In this document: piece by piece, positions 9,901-20,228 of the stretch
Numbering within the stretch: position 1 is the first letter of the stretch
Layout: each line of letters starts with the position of its first letter
Virus record (IMG/VR): IMGVR_UViG_3300028008_001583
Location: 1 to 59,764 of that record
DNA from: a virus
Taxonomy: Duplodnaviria; Caudoviricetes
Strand: one strand, 5' to 3'
DNA length: 59,764 nt
Position numbers and translations under genes: made by a program
Notes under the pieces: model-generated
What the model was told of the DNA's origin: nothing
Seen by the model: the letters and a program-made list of their open reading frames with translations, nothing else
Databases searched by the model: none

Positions 9901-10249
9901 TCTAGTATTAAGTGCGAATGGCACAGGATCGGTAAATATAGATAACATAGCAATAAAAGACAGCACAATTACTAATACACTTGCTGATACTCCGTTATTG
10001 TTTCAACAAGCAGGTAGCGGATATTTCAAAATAGATAGTAATGCAGGTTTTGTTGTTCCAGTAGGTACAAATCTACAAAGACCGGCTCCCGCATATAGGG
10101 AAACAGGAATGACTAGATTTAATACTGAACAACAGTATTTAGAAATCTTTGATGGCAGTTCTTGGGTGTCTGTTGCAGGTACTACAGGATCAATTAGTTA
10201 TGCAGCAGCAGAAGATTTAGTATTAGAATATGTTTTAGTTTTAGGATAA
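6905..10249 (+). CDS. Tail fibre/spike-like protein with beta-helix and LamG/ConA-like lectin domain
   Basis: YTVEGWFY...GQWYHIAVSR...LFLDG...IIGA...GNIDEFRVTKGLARY. Confidence 0.8.
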   Translation: MAIGRISGPLLKQNLLREGVNLAFENDLLYLDVQQSKVGIKNASPQYELDVTGTTRTTTLNVSSTANLGDIVINAAGIGTTQDTMVLGTTTGNSVVYQNKLRVDSLELQNNAIRTINSNENLELNPNGTGTVEIFADTNVYGNITATGSITADGNITIGDADTDNITFNAELASNIIPDIDNTYSLGSNPNVAGGKEWSNVYTDEFYGTTVTTTNLNVDGIDLSTRQGNLYYVSENGDDTNSGDHPNDPYGSLRYALSQATSGDTIHIYPGVYQEITPLTVPVGVTVKGHSMRSVILEPTGATHTNDIFLLNGESTVEDVTIRNFYSPGYAFKFANNFTVTSRSPYIRNVSVITQGTQTPANDPRGFDQGDAGRGAYLDGSLANAASREAGCLFHSVTFITPGVDALTITNGTRVEWLNCFTYFANKGLYAVDGATGLKGTGKTAVRVDGLTGGSITAGNTFSYYDTDGTTVLATGTIASVDADDKFYVNGNLSALQVASIRNGKTITRYQNPVTDTGIKKFGTSSLQLDGTQDYIGVTSNNDFGFGTDDYTVEGWFYFDSVAATTNLFDFRAGAGSDIAPLVYINAGGELRFYSYSADRITGSTLTTGQWYHIAVSRNGNDTRLFLDGTLEGTWTISPVDYGVAKPLIIGARWDGANKVDGNIDEFRVTKGLARYTSAFGAIASPFTSDNNTVLLLHFDNADDSSETIVDDTINSQDLRFSNGASASYVTLADQTDFGGEIRSISSACVYGNYGAYGDGAGVLMYLISQNFAYISNGKLTTNDANTVVQLNEVTELNNARVRYSSVDHKGDFRVGDLFYVNQEQGTVDFTSTEFNIDTTSGLTITTGGSNTVITGEKIDTGNLRISGNTIQSLSGDINLSSASGNVKITSTGSLQLPTGDTASRPTAATGMIRYNTDTNLFEGYDGNWIALNGVYDLDLDTKVTAEATPGANDNTIRFYISNAERMSVTDSALETPRIEVDDISIDGNVITTETTDTDLVLSANGTGSVNIDNIAIKDSTITNTLADTPLLFQQAGSGYFKIDSNAGFVVPVGTNLQRPAPAYRETGMTRFNTEQQYLEIFDGSSWVSVAGTTGSISYAAAEDLVLEYVLVLG

Positions 10250-10253
10250 CGAT

Positions 10254-10583
10254 ATGGCAACAGAGTTTAGAAATAAAGTAGTAAAAGAAGTAGGACAACA
10301 AAAAATAGTTGCACTTGAAACTGATGCAGGTACAAAGTCAACTATTATTGGCCTTCAGTTAGCTAACTTAACAGAATTTATAGTATATGCAAGTATACTA
10401 ATTCATGACGATACTAGTGTTGAAGGGTACTTTATGAAAGATATTGTTGTACCTCCAAATACTAGTTTAAAAGCATTAGCTGCAGGCGAAAAATTAATAC
10501 TTGCGCCCTCAAATCAACTATATCTTTTAGCTGATAGAGACGAAGCATTAGACGCAGTAATTAGTTACGTAGATATTGTATAA
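10254..10583 (+). CDS. Small beta-rich virion protein
   Basis: IIGLQLAN...VPPNTSL...KLILAPSNQL...ISYVDIV. Confidence 0.6.
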   Translation: MATEFRNKVVKEVGQQKIVALETDAGTKSTIIGLQLANLTEFIVYASILIHDDTSVEGYFMKDIVVPPNTSLKALAAGEKLILAPSNQLYLLADRDEALDAVISYVDIV

Positions 10584-10594
10584 GGAATAAGATT

Positions 10595-10972
10595 ATGTCA
10601 ACATACACAGGAATGACAGCAGAAAATATGAATGGATCTATACCTAATAGATACTTTTACGGATTGCGTAGGACTGACCAAGGCGAGCTGTTTATTGGAA
10701 AAGCAGATCAAATGAAAATTGACGATTCGCATTCGATCACAATAAACAATCCAGGCGATCCTGTAAATAATTTTCCTAATTTTGAATCAGGACAAGATTT
10801 TTACGAAGGTAGAGATGTTCATCACGAGTTAGTATATACTAATCTAAATTACGAACAATTACGCTGGGATGAAAGAAATATATCATACTATGTAAATGAC
10901 GAAGGCGAACTAGTAGCAAGAATTAATCACACATTTCCATATGATGATGGTTCTTCATCAAACGGATTATAA
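10595..10972 (+). CDS. Hypothetical virion protein
   Basis: ORF with SD AAGGA inside the structural operon. Confidence 0.55.
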   Translation: MSTYTGMTAENMNGSIPNRYFYGLRRTDQGELFIGKADQMKIDDSHSITINNPGDPVNNFPNFESGQDFYEGRDVHHELVYTNLNYEQLRWDERNISYYVNDEGELVARINHTFPYDDGSSSNGL

Positions 10973-10983
10973 GAGAGTAGAAA

Positions 10984-13900
10984 ATGGCAGACTTTTTATT
11001 AGATAGAATAAGATTTAAATGGAAAGCTAGTTGGGTAACTGGCACCGCTTACACTAAAGACGATATTATATATTATAAAGGTCGTATTTATGTTTGTATG
11101 ACTGGTCATACAAGCTCTGCAGACATTGCTTCAGACTTGTCAAACTGGGAACTAATGCTTGATGGTCAAGAATGGCGCGGCGAATGGCAAACAAACACAG
11201 TGTATGGCATAGGTAATATTGTAAAATATAATGGATACATTTATAGAGCAGTATCTAATCATACTAGTGTTATACTTGCTAATTTAGGACTACCAAACGA
11301 TATTGGACATTGGACGTTGCTTGCAACTACGTATGACTGGAAAAATACATGGGCAACTACAACTATTTATGAATTAGGTGATGTTGTTAGATATAACGGC
11401 ATTGTTTATATCTGTGATACAAGACACACAAGTGCTGCAACAGCAGCAAATGGATTAGAAGCAGATCAGTCTAGCTGGACAGTTGTTGTTACTTCTGATT
11501 ACTGGTCAACAGATTGGACAGTGGAGACAAAATACAATGTAAATGATACAGTAAGATATGGTGGTCGTGTCTACAGATGTATAACAGGTCATACAAGTGC
11601 TGCTGTTGAAGCAGATGGATTAGAAGACGATCAAGCAAAATGGGAAATAATAATAAGTGGCTTAGAGTATAAGTCAAGCTGGGCATCTGGAGTAAGACAC
11701 AAGTTAAATGACATTGTAAAAGTTGATTCAGTATTATACATTTGTATCACTCCTCATATTGCTGGTGTAAGTTTTGCTGCTGGCATAGACAATTGGCAAG
11801 TATGGATGCCTGGTATCGGATACGAGGAATCTTGGTCAGCGTTAACACAATACGACAAGGGCGATATTGTACAGTACGGTGGATATACGTATGTTGCTTT
11901 AGAAACTAATATAAATTCAACTCCGCCAACAACTGGTTTTCAACCAGGCGTGGGTAACTGGGATTTATTAAATACTGAATATTCTTTGAACGGCGATTGG
12001 GAAATATCAACAAGTTATCATACCGGAGATGTAGTTAGATATGGTGGATATTTATATCTTGCAACAGATGATAATGCCGGACAATCTCCAGATGAAAGCA
12101 TATCTTGGGTAACAGTAATACCTGGCCAAGCATTTAAAGCTGAATGGAACGATGGTAGTTCTTATGGCCCGGGCGATATAGTAACCTATAAAGGTACGGC
12201 ATACGTATGTTTAAAAACTCATTCAGCATCTGCTTCCGATAGTAGACCAGATCTTGATCAAGATTATACACAAGAAAACTTTTGGGAATATGTAGCTAAA
12301 GGCTCAACAAGCAATGTTCTTGCAGAAGTTGGCGATATGAGAACATATAATACTGCTATAGTAAGATTGCCTGTTGGTTCTCCAGGACAGGTTACAAAAG
12401 TAATTAATAATCTTCCTACATTTAGCAACTTTGGTGTTACAGAAAAGGTTTATTTTGTAGGGGCACACGGAACAGATGCCGAAGGCTTTGGGTTTTCAGG
12501 AAATGCACCATTTAGATCTGTAAAATATGCATGCGATTATATAACAGAAGATGTCGCTGGTAGAGCACCTGCAACAATATATATTACTACAGGAACATAT
12601 ATTGAAAACCTTCCAATTTCGGTTCCTCAAGGCGTTGCCCTAGTAGGCGATGAACTTAGAAGCACTGTAATTCAGCCAGCACCGGGCAACGAACTTAATG
12701 ACATGTTTTATGTTAGAAATGGCAGCGGAATAAGAAACATGACTCTAAAAGGACTAACAGGGCAGCTGGGGGGACAAAATCAATATTTAACAAGACGTCC
12801 ATCGGGAGGATCATTTGTAAGTTTAGATCCGGGCACAGGTCCAGCTGATACGTCTGCTTGGATTGTAAATAAGTCTCCATATATACAAAATGTAACTACG
12901 TTTGGAACCGCTTGCACAGGATTAAAGATTGACGGCTCATTGCACAACGGAGGTAATAGGTCTATTGTTGCAAACGACTTTACTCAAGTCATAGATGACG
13001 GCATTGGAGCATGGGTATTAAACGGCGGCTTATCAGAGCTAGTTAGTGTGTTTACATATTATAATTATATTGGTTACCTTGCAGAAAACGGCGGCAAAAT
13101 GAGAGCTACTAACGGTAACAACTCTTATGGTACTTTTGGATCTGTTGCAGAAGGTGTTGCTGCAGGCGAAGATGCTATTACTGCGCAAATAGATAACGAA
13201 ACAAAAGAAGCAGAAATAGGCATAGTTCATAATAACGGCAATGAGATAATGGCAATAGCATATTCTAATGCTGGTAAAAACTATTCAAGTGCTACAATTG
13301 CTGTCGGAGGCTCAGGCGCCAATGCAAGTCTTACTATGAGCGATATAAGAAATGGCGCAGTAAGTAGAGTTAGAGTAAGTACACTGGGAGACAGCAGTGT
13401 GCCCGGCGGTATAAATTATACACAAATACAAGGAGGCGCACAACTAGGCGACACTACTTCGATTACACTTGATAACGCAGATGTACAAACTGATAACACA
13501 AAGTACGAAGGACAGTTTATTTTTATTACATCAGGCGCAGGTATTGGACAGTATGGAGTAATAGATACATATAATGTTGGCACCAAAGTTGCTACTATCG
13601 TAAAACACAGTGACGGCACAGCAGGATGGGATAGAATAGATTCAAATTATGCTATAGCATCTGCACTAGACTTAACTACAAGATATCAAATTGAACCGAG
13701 AGTTGTATTTTCTGCTCCAGATTCTGGAACAACAGCTTGGGGTCGGGTTGTTGTACAAAACAGTAGAATTAATGCAGTCAATATTTACAATCCAGGTTCT
13801 GGATATACAAGTGCACCAACAGCTACAATTACAGACAACGAGGCAACAATTGATGCTGAATTGGAAGTTTTTATTGAAGATGGAGTTTTAGGAATACCAA

Positions 13901-14793
13901 CTTTTGCTAATAGAGGTATAGGATATGTTAGGTCATCTGCAACTATTACAGGTGATGGTGTAGCAGAAAATAATCAAAACGATGTAGATATAATGATTAA
14001 AAATCTATCTAGATTGCCTGGACCAGGAGATAACCTTTCTATAAATGGAATTACAGAAGTTGTATACAAACTTACAAGAATTACGGAAGTAACAGGCACA
14101 GAACCAAACCTATCTGCTAAAGTAAGAGTATATCCTAGTATTGGAGAAGAAGAATCTCCAGATCACGAAGCAGCTATTACTATAAGGCAGAACTATAGTC
14201 AAGTACGATTAACAGGACACGATTTCTTAGATATAGGATCCGGAAATGTTAGCAGTACTAGATATCCTCAGCTTTATATAGAAGGTGTTGATAGTGATAA
14301 TCAACCACAACAACAAAATGAAGTTTTAGAAGCAGGCGGCGGACGAGTATTTTATACGTCAACAGACCAAGATGGTAACTTTAGAGTTGGTGAGCTATTT
14401 GAAGTAGAACAGTCAACTGGTGTTGTTACTATTGATGCTTCACAATTTGACCTAACTGGATTAACGCAGCTTAGTTTAGGAGGTATCAAAGTAGGAGGTA
14501 GTGCAGTTGTAATTACAGAATTTAGTAAAGACTCAACGTTTATTGCAAATAGTAATAACATTGTGCCAACACAATCTGCTATTATTTCTTATCTTACTAG
14601 TAAAATTGCAGGCGGTAGTTCAAATGCTATAACTAATAAATTAACTGCTGGACAGGTTGTTGTTGACTTGTCTAGAATACAAACTAATGGAACAGAAATA
14701 CAGATACCTGTTCCGGCCAATTTGGCAAGTGGTGGCATAGCAGGTGGCGACATGTTAGCAATGCAATTGTTTGCACATAGGTCAAAAAGATAA
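10984..14793 (+). CDS. Large tail-fibre-like protein with N-terminal CBM5/12-like repeats and beta-helix
   Basis: Roughly 9 repeats W...T.Y..GDIV.Y.G..Y.C; paralog of 14822. Confidence 0.8.
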   Translation: MADFLLDRIRFKWKASWVTGTAYTKDDIIYYKGRIYVCMTGHTSSADIASDLSNWELMLDGQEWRGEWQTNTVYGIGNIVKYNGYIYRAVSNHTSVILANLGLPNDIGHWTLLATTYDWKNTWATTTIYELGDVVRYNGIVYICDTRHTSAATAANGLEADQSSWTVVVTSDYWSTDWTVETKYNVNDTVRYGGRVYRCITGHTSAAVEADGLEDDQAKWEIIISGLEYKSSWASGVRHKLNDIVKVDSVLYICITPHIAGVSFAAGIDNWQVWMPGIGYEESWSALTQYDKGDIVQYGGYTYVALETNINSTPPTTGFQPGVGNWDLLNTEYSLNGDWEISTSYHTGDVVRYGGYLYLATDDNAGQSPDESISWVTVIPGQAFKAEWNDGSSYGPGDIVTYKGTAYVCLKTHSASASDSRPDLDQDYTQENFWEYVAKGSTSNVLAEVGDMRTYNTAIVRLPVGSPGQVTKVINNLPTFSNFGVTEKVYFVGAHGTDAEGFGFSGNAPFRSVKYACDYITEDVAGRAPATIYITTGTYIENLPISVPQGVALVGDELRSTVIQPAPGNELNDMFYVRNGSGIRNMTLKGLTGQLGGQNQYLTRRPSGGSFVSLDPGTGPADTSAWIVNKSPYIQNVTTFGTACTGLKIDGSLHNGGNRSIVANDFTQVIDDGIGAWVLNGGLSELVSVFTYYNYIGYLAENGGKMRATNGNNSYGTFGSVAEGVAAGEDAITAQIDNETKEAEIGIVHNNGNEIMAIAYSNAGKNYSSATIAVGGSGANASLTMSDIRNGAVSRVRVSTLGDSSVPGGINYTQIQGGAQLGDTTSITLDNADVQTDNTKYEGQFIFITSGAGIGQYGVIDTYNVGTKVATIVKHSDGTAGWDRIDSNYAIASALDLTTRYQIEPRVVFSAPDSGTTAWGRVVVQNSRINAVNIYNPGSGYTSAPTATITDNEATIDAELEVFIEDGVLGIPTFANRGIGYVRSSATITGDGVAENNQNDVDIMIKNLSRLPGPGDNLSINGITEVVYKLTRITEVTGTEPNLSAKVRVYPSIGEEESPDHEAAITIRQNYSQVRLTGHDFLDIGSGNVSSTRYPQLYIEGVDSDNQPQQQNEVLEAGGGRVFYTSTDQDGNFRVGELFEVEQSTGVVTIDASQFDLTGLTQLSLGGIKVGGSAVVITEFSKDSTFIANSNNIVPTQSAIISYLTSKIAGGSSNAITNKLTAGQVVVDLSRIQTNGTEIQIPVPANLASGGIAGGDMLAMQLFAHRSKR
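14200..14231 (+). repeat. 32-bp direct repeat, copy 1 (copy 2 at 18998-19029)
   Basis: caagtacgattaacaggacacgatttcttaga is identical in both paralogs. Confidence 0.9.
14338..14384 (+). repeat. 47-bp direct repeat, copy 1 (copy 2 at 19118-19164)
   Basis: ggcggacgagtattttatacgtcaacagaccaagatggtaactttag is identical in both paralogs. Confidence 0.9.
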
Positions 14794-14796
14794 ATA
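14790..14796 (+). promoter_or_regulatory. T4-type late promoter overlapping upstream stop codon
   Basis: gATAAATAtatt. Confidence 0.65.
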
Positions 14797-14821
14797 TATT
14801 AAATAACAATCGGAGTTCTCA

Positions 14822-17800
14822 ATGGCTGAATTTAAATTAGGTAGAATTAGGTTTATATGGAAAAGTACCTGGACAGGGTCAACCATATACTACAAAGACG
14901 ACATAGTAAAGCACGGAGGTAACACTTTCGTATGTACAGCAGGACACACAAGTACTAGCGACTTTGATACTGACTTTGCTACATATTGGGACAAACTTAC
15001 CGATGGTCAAGAATGGAAAGGCGATTGGACAGATGCAACTGCTTACAAAATAAATGATATCGTAAAATACGGTGGTTATTTGTATGTTGCAAACCAAGCC
15101 CACACTTCTAATACTTTACTTGAAAATGATCAGTCTAAATGGGATCTTTACGTTGAAGGTTTTGATTGGAAAAACACATGGGCAACTGCTACACATTATA
15201 AAGTTAATGATATTGCAAAATATAATGGTATTAATTATATCTGTATTACAGCTCATACAAGTGCTGCAACAGAATCTGATGGATTAGAAATTGATCAAGC
15301 CAAATGGCAAAAATTTACAGATGGTATGCAATGGCAAAGCGATTGGTCCATCAATACTAGATACCGTGTAAATGATGTCGTTAAGTATGGCGGACAACTT
15401 TATGTTGTTAATACTGGACACACTAGTGCTGCAACAACTACATTAGGACTAGAAGCAGATCAAGCTAAGTTTGATTATTTGCACAAAGGTGTTGAATATA
15501 AAGGACCGTTTACTGCTGGAACAAGATATAAAATTAATGATGTAGTGAAGGCGGGCGGCGGACTTTGGATTTGTACTACACATCATACTGCCCAAGATAG
15601 ACTACAACAGGATGTAGCAAAATGGGCTCAATTTGTAGAAGGTTTAGAATTTGAAGATAGTTGGGGTCCATATAAGAATTACGAAGTAGGTGATATTGTA
15701 ACATACGGCGGCTACTCTTATGTTGCTAAAACTAACAATGTTGGACAACGTCCAACAGACAACGCATCGGATTGGGACTTGTTTAACACAGGATTCCGTT
15801 TTGCAGGTGAATGGGGTGACGATAGTTCTGCAGAAGATTATCTAGTAGGCGATGTAATTAGGCATGGCGGATTTACTTATGTATGTATAGAAGATAATAA
15901 TAATCAAGAACCACCTAATGCAACATATTGGGAAAAGCTTAATGAAGGTGTTAAATGGAAAAACGCCTGGGCAGATGCAACTGAATATGATCTAGGTGAT
16001 GTTGTTATATATAACAATAGTTCGTACATTGCTGTTGCAAAACATACATCCGATGAAACTGTTGCACAAAACAGACCAGATCAAGATACAAACGGTTCTG
16101 AATGGAACTTAATGGTAGGCGGTCCTGAAAATAATGTGATGACCACAGACGGTGATTTAGTTTACTATAGTGGCGCAGGCCCGGCTAGATTGCCAATCGG
16201 AGCTGTAGGAACAATTCTACGTGTTAATGATTTAGGAACAGCACCAGAATGGGGATTCTACGGAGCCATCGATAATGTTGTTTATGTTGATGTTAACGGA
16301 ACAGACGGCGCAGCACCTGGCTTCGGAACAACAATTGATAGACCATTTAAAACAATTAGACATGCTGCATATAATATTGAAGAAGGATATTTGCGTGTAA
16401 ATGCACGTAAATTAATAGAACTAAACAGAGCCTTTATTGCAGATGAAACTGTTGAATGGGTAGATGCACAAGTTACAGCAAATGCAGGCTCACCATTTAC
16501 TAACTCTTTCACATATGATAAAGCTGCGTGGAGAGTATATCTTGGTCGCTTAATTACTTCATTACTTTATGACTTAAGCCACGGCGGCAACGAAATCACA
16601 AGAAAATTAACATTAGATATTTACAACGCAGGCGAAATTACAGGTAAAACAGCAGAGTTTGTTGCTGCAACAGAATATCTTGAAGCAGTAATAGATGCCA
16701 TTATAAGCAATGTTGCGCCAGCAGCTACATATGGTTCGATGACTAGACACGCTGATGCAACACTTATTGAAGAATCTGATGCACAAGGTATTATTGGTAA
16801 TCTTATAGATATACTTACTGATGCTGTTACAGCAGCCGCTACTACAAATGTACCAGCTGAAGTACAACCACAAAATACTATATTTGTAAAAACTGGACAG
16901 CTAACTGAAGTACTTCCGATTGTGATTCCTAAAAATACAGCACTAGTAGGAGACGAACTTCGTTCAACTAGAATTAGTCCAGCAGCTAGTGTTACGCCAG
17001 CAGGAGATACTGTATACAGTCTTGCAGGCATCGGACGACTACAAGCAATTATAAGCGATGCTGTAACCAATCCTGGGAACATTACAAAAACTACAGGTAA
17101 TGCACTAGATCCAGTAACTACACATTCAGTAGGTGCAGGTGCCGCAGGCACAGCAGCTACAGGAATTGTTGAAGATATAAAAGAATATATTGATTTTCAT
17201 ATTAATGCAAACGGTTCAGATCCTACATTAACAGGAACAATGACACAGCTTACTTCAACTGATTATACATATGCAGTTGAATCACTTGAAGCAAATAGAG
17301 AATTCTTAAAAGCTGAAGTAAATGCATTTATTGCTGACGCATATCCGTCGTATACATACGACACTGAAAAGTGTGCTAGAGACGTAAGTAGATATATTGA
17401 TGCTGTGCAATATGATTTAATAAACACAGGAAACTACAAAGCCATCAGAGCAGCTGAAGCTTATGTAAGTTCTGTAGAAGGATCATTAACTAATAATATG
17501 TTCTATATGAGAAATGGCTCAGGCTTTAGAAATGCAACAGTTACGGGCTTAACAGGAACATTAGGTAGTGCAAACTCATATGGTACTAAACGTCCAGGCG
17601 CAGGAGCATATGTATCACTTGATCCAGGATTTGGACCATTAGACGAACATGCTTGGATTACTAATAAATCACCGTATGTACAAAACGTAACAACATTTGG
17701 TACAGGGTGTATTGGTCTAAAAATTGATGGCGCATTGCACGACGGCGGCAATGATTCAATTGTTGCTAACGATTTTACACAGATTTTAAGTGACGGTATT

Positions 17801-19561
17801 GGTGTATGGTGTACTAACTTAGCAAGAGCAGAACTTGTATCTGTATTCTCTTACTATGGACATATTGGCTATCTATCAGAAAACGGCGGCAAGATTCGTG
17901 CTACAAACGGTAACTCATCTTATGGTGATTTTGGTACAGTAGCTGAAGGTGGCGACTCGACAGAAACACCGATTACTGCTACAGTTACTAACCGTTCAAC
18001 AGATGCTCAAATTGGCTCAGTACTTACAGACGGTGATGACATTCTTACATTTGAGTATACAAATGCTGGTGTAAATTATACAAGTGGTAACACAGCATTT
18101 ACAATTTCAGGAGAAGGTTATGGCGCTGCAACTTCTGCAGTGAATACTGTAGACGGAGCAGTGTACGAAGTTAGATTAACTGACCCTTCAAGCAATTTTG
18201 GCGGAGACGGTTATGGTATTGCACAAAATACAGCACAAACTGGAAACACAACTCAAATCACATTAAGTAATACTGATGTAGCTACTAATGCTGCATATAT
18301 TGGAATGGCAATTTGGATTATTAGTGGAACTGGTGCAGGACAATATGCTAACATTGCATCGTTTAATAGCGGAACTAAAATAGCAACAGTTACTAAAGCA
18401 TCAGATGGTTCAGCAGGTTGGGATCATGTCACAGGCGCAAGTATAGCAGCATCTTTAGATGATACAACAGAATATCGCATCGAACCTTCAGTTTCGTTTA
18501 CTGTACCAGAAGGCGGCGGCGGCTATGCAAATACTACTAAAGCTCGTGCTAGAGTAGACGATGAAAAAATTATAGAAATACGTATTTGGGATCCAGGTAC
18601 AGGATATACAAGTGCTCCAACAATGACTATAACAGATCCAAGCAACACAGTAGATGTGCCGCACTTAGTAAGAATAGGTGACGGCGTATTAACTCAGCCT
18701 ACATGGTCTGACAGAGGCACAGGTTTTGCTACTGCAAGTGTGACTGTTGCAGGTGACGGATATGCAGACTTATATCAGCCAGGATTTAATTTAGCTGTAG
18801 AAGCAATGAGTGAGATTCCACAAGCTGGAGCAAATATTGAGATAGCAGGCATAGCAAACACATACTTTAAACTAGTTACAATAAGAGATTTAACTGGCTC
18901 TGGTCCTTACACAGCAACATTGCAATTGTCACCAGAAATAAGTATTACAGATGCACCAGAACACGGTGAAGTTATAGAAATGCGTATAAGATATTCCCAA
19001 GTACGATTAACAGGACACGATTTCTTAGACATCGGCACTGGTAATTTTGGAAACACAAACTATCCTGGAGTGCCTTTAATAGATCCAGACCCTACCAAAG
19101 AAACTAACGATTTGGGTGGCGGACGAGTATTTTATACGTCAACAGACCAAGATGGTAACTTTAGGGTCGGCGAACTGTTTAGTATTGAGCAGGCAACTGG
19201 TATTGCAACTCTTGACGCTGATGCATTTAACATCAGTGGACTACAAGAACTACAACTAGGTGCAATTAGCTTAGGCGGTACAAACGCTACTATTACAGAA
19301 TTTAGTACAGATGGTACGTTTACTGCTGACAGTGATAATATTGTTCCAACACAAAAGGCAATTAAAACTTATATACAAGCACAAATAGGTGGCGGAGCAG
19401 GTGAACTTAATGTTAACCAACTTACAGCAGGTAATATTAGAATTAATAGCGATACTATTACCAACACTCTTGGAGAAACGATAAATATAAGTGCAAAGAC
19501 TAATTTCACAGGCGGCATAAAAGGTGATCCTGTTGCAATGAATTTGTTCTTATCAAACTAA
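14822..19561 (+). CDS. Large tail-fibre-like protein with CBM5/12-like repeats, helical inserts and beta-helix
   Basis: Same repeat type and same C-terminal YSQVRLTGHDFLDIG..GGGRVFYTSTDQDGNFRVGELF block as 10984. Confidence 0.8.
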   Translation: MAEFKLGRIRFIWKSTWTGSTIYYKDDIVKHGGNTFVCTAGHTSTSDFDTDFATYWDKLTDGQEWKGDWTDATAYKINDIVKYGGYLYVANQAHTSNTLLENDQSKWDLYVEGFDWKNTWATATHYKVNDIAKYNGINYICITAHTSAATESDGLEIDQAKWQKFTDGMQWQSDWSINTRYRVNDVVKYGGQLYVVNTGHTSAATTTLGLEADQAKFDYLHKGVEYKGPFTAGTRYKINDVVKAGGGLWICTTHHTAQDRLQQDVAKWAQFVEGLEFEDSWGPYKNYEVGDIVTYGGYSYVAKTNNVGQRPTDNASDWDLFNTGFRFAGEWGDDSSAEDYLVGDVIRHGGFTYVCIEDNNNQEPPNATYWEKLNEGVKWKNAWADATEYDLGDVVIYNNSSYIAVAKHTSDETVAQNRPDQDTNGSEWNLMVGGPENNVMTTDGDLVYYSGAGPARLPIGAVGTILRVNDLGTAPEWGFYGAIDNVVYVDVNGTDGAAPGFGTTIDRPFKTIRHAAYNIEEGYLRVNARKLIELNRAFIADETVEWVDAQVTANAGSPFTNSFTYDKAAWRVYLGRLITSLLYDLSHGGNEITRKLTLDIYNAGEITGKTAEFVAATEYLEAVIDAIISNVAPAATYGSMTRHADATLIEESDAQGIIGNLIDILTDAVTAAATTNVPAEVQPQNTIFVKTGQLTEVLPIVIPKNTALVGDELRSTRISPAASVTPAGDTVYSLAGIGRLQAIISDAVTNPGNITKTTGNALDPVTTHSVGAGAAGTAATGIVEDIKEYIDFHINANGSDPTLTGTMTQLTSTDYTYAVESLEANREFLKAEVNAFIADAYPSYTYDTEKCARDVSRYIDAVQYDLINTGNYKAIRAAEAYVSSVEGSLTNNMFYMRNGSGFRNATVTGLTGTLGSANSYGTKRPGAGAYVSLDPGFGPLDEHAWITNKSPYVQNVTTFGTGCIGLKIDGALHDGGNDSIVANDFTQILSDGIGVWCTNLARAELVSVFSYYGHIGYLSENGGKIRATNGNSSYGDFGTVAEGGDSTETPITATVTNRSTDAQIGSVLTDGDDILTFEYTNAGVNYTSGNTAFTISGEGYGAATSAVNTVDGAVYEVRLTDPSSNFGGDGYGIAQNTAQTGNTTQITLSNTDVATNAAYIGMAIWIISGTGAGQYANIASFNSGTKIATVTKASDGSAGWDHVTGASIAASLDDTTEYRIEPSVSFTVPEGGGGYANTTKARARVDDEKIIEIRIWDPGTGYTSAPTMTITDPSNTVDVPHLVRIGDGVLTQPTWSDRGTGFATASVTVAGDGYADLYQPGFNLAVEAMSEIPQAGANIEIAGIANTYFKLVTIRDLTGSGPYTATLQLSPEISITDAPEHGEVIEMRIRYSQVRLTGHDFLDIGTGNFGNTNYPGVPLIDPDPTKETNDLGGGRVFYTSTDQDGNFRVGELFSIEQATGIATLDADAFNISGLQELQLGAISLGGTNATITEFSTDGTFTADSDNIVPTQKAIKTYIQAQIGGGAGELNVNQLTAGNIRINSDTITNTLGETINISAKTNFTGGIKGDPVAMNLFLSN

Positions 19562-19576
19562 CGGAGAAAGTAGAAA

Positions 19577-19894
19577 ATGGCTACAGGAAAACTAGGCGCA
19601 AATGATTTAAGCGCAACAACAAATACAACAGTGTATACTTGTCCCGCAGACACGTATGCTGTTGTAGCTATAAACATATGCAACCGCGGTTCAAATGCAA
19701 CCGCTGTTAGAATAGCAGTTGCTGACGGAGACTCTCCGGGCGCAGCAGAATACATTGAATACGATTCAGAAATATTCTCTAAAAATGTATTAGAACGTAC
19801 CGGCTTAGTACTAGCAGCTACACAACGCCTTGTAGTTTATTCTACACAGGCTAGTGTTAGTGCTGTAGTAGTAGGTATTGAGACAGCAGCATAA
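19577..19894 (+). CDS. Small beta-rich virion protein
   Basis: TVYTCPA...VAINICNR...LERTGLVL...VVGIE. Confidence 0.6.
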   Translation: MATGKLGANDLSATTNTTVYTCPADTYAVVAINICNRGSNATAVRIAVADGDSPGAAEYIEYDSEIFSKNVLERTGLVLAATQRLVVYSTQASVSAVVVGIETAA

Positions 19895-19897
19895 ATA
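19891..19897 (+). promoter_or_regulatory. T4-type late promoter overlapping upstream stop codon
   Basis: gcATAAATAcaat, then SD GGAGG. Confidence 0.65.
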
Positions 19898-19919
19898 CAA
19901 TAAGCGGAGGATATTAATA

Positions 19920-20216
19920 ATGGGTAGATATGTAAGTAGAAGCGGATCAGGGACAGCGTCAGATATGACATCTGACTTTGCAGCTTCGAACAGTACAAAA
20001 AATGCAGAAGGATTTTTAACTGCATATACAGCGAATGATATTACTTATTCTAGTATCACTTATACTGATCAAAACGGCGGTGCTGCTCAATATGGCGGCG
20101 TGTATAAAGTTGTTGCTGGTTGGACTGAAACTAATAACCTCACTAATCAACAACAAACAATCACAGTAGCTTATGATGCTACAACTGGTGAAGTATCAGG
20201 TTTAAGCATAGCATAA
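19920..20216 (+). CDS. Hypothetical virion protein (start corrected to ATG 19920)
   Basis: GGAGG SD before MGRYVS. Confidence 0.6.
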   Translation: MGRYVSRSGSGTASDMTSDFAASNSTKNAEGFLTAYTANDITYSSITYTDQNGGAAQYGGVYKVVAGWTETNNLTNQQQTITVAYDATTGEVSGLSIA

Positions 20217-20228
20217 TAGGAGAATAAC

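Noticed and set aside
16282-17751. Long antisense ORFs (e.g. 16621-17151, 30256-30735, 51149-51664, 56439-57227)
   Set aside because: Shadow frames of Gly/Ala/Thr-rich genes, with no RBS or motifs
14200-19164. Diversity-generating retroelement TR/VR pair
   Set aside because: Repeats are identical rather than adenine-mutated, both are in coding paralogs, and there is no reverse transcriptase in the window
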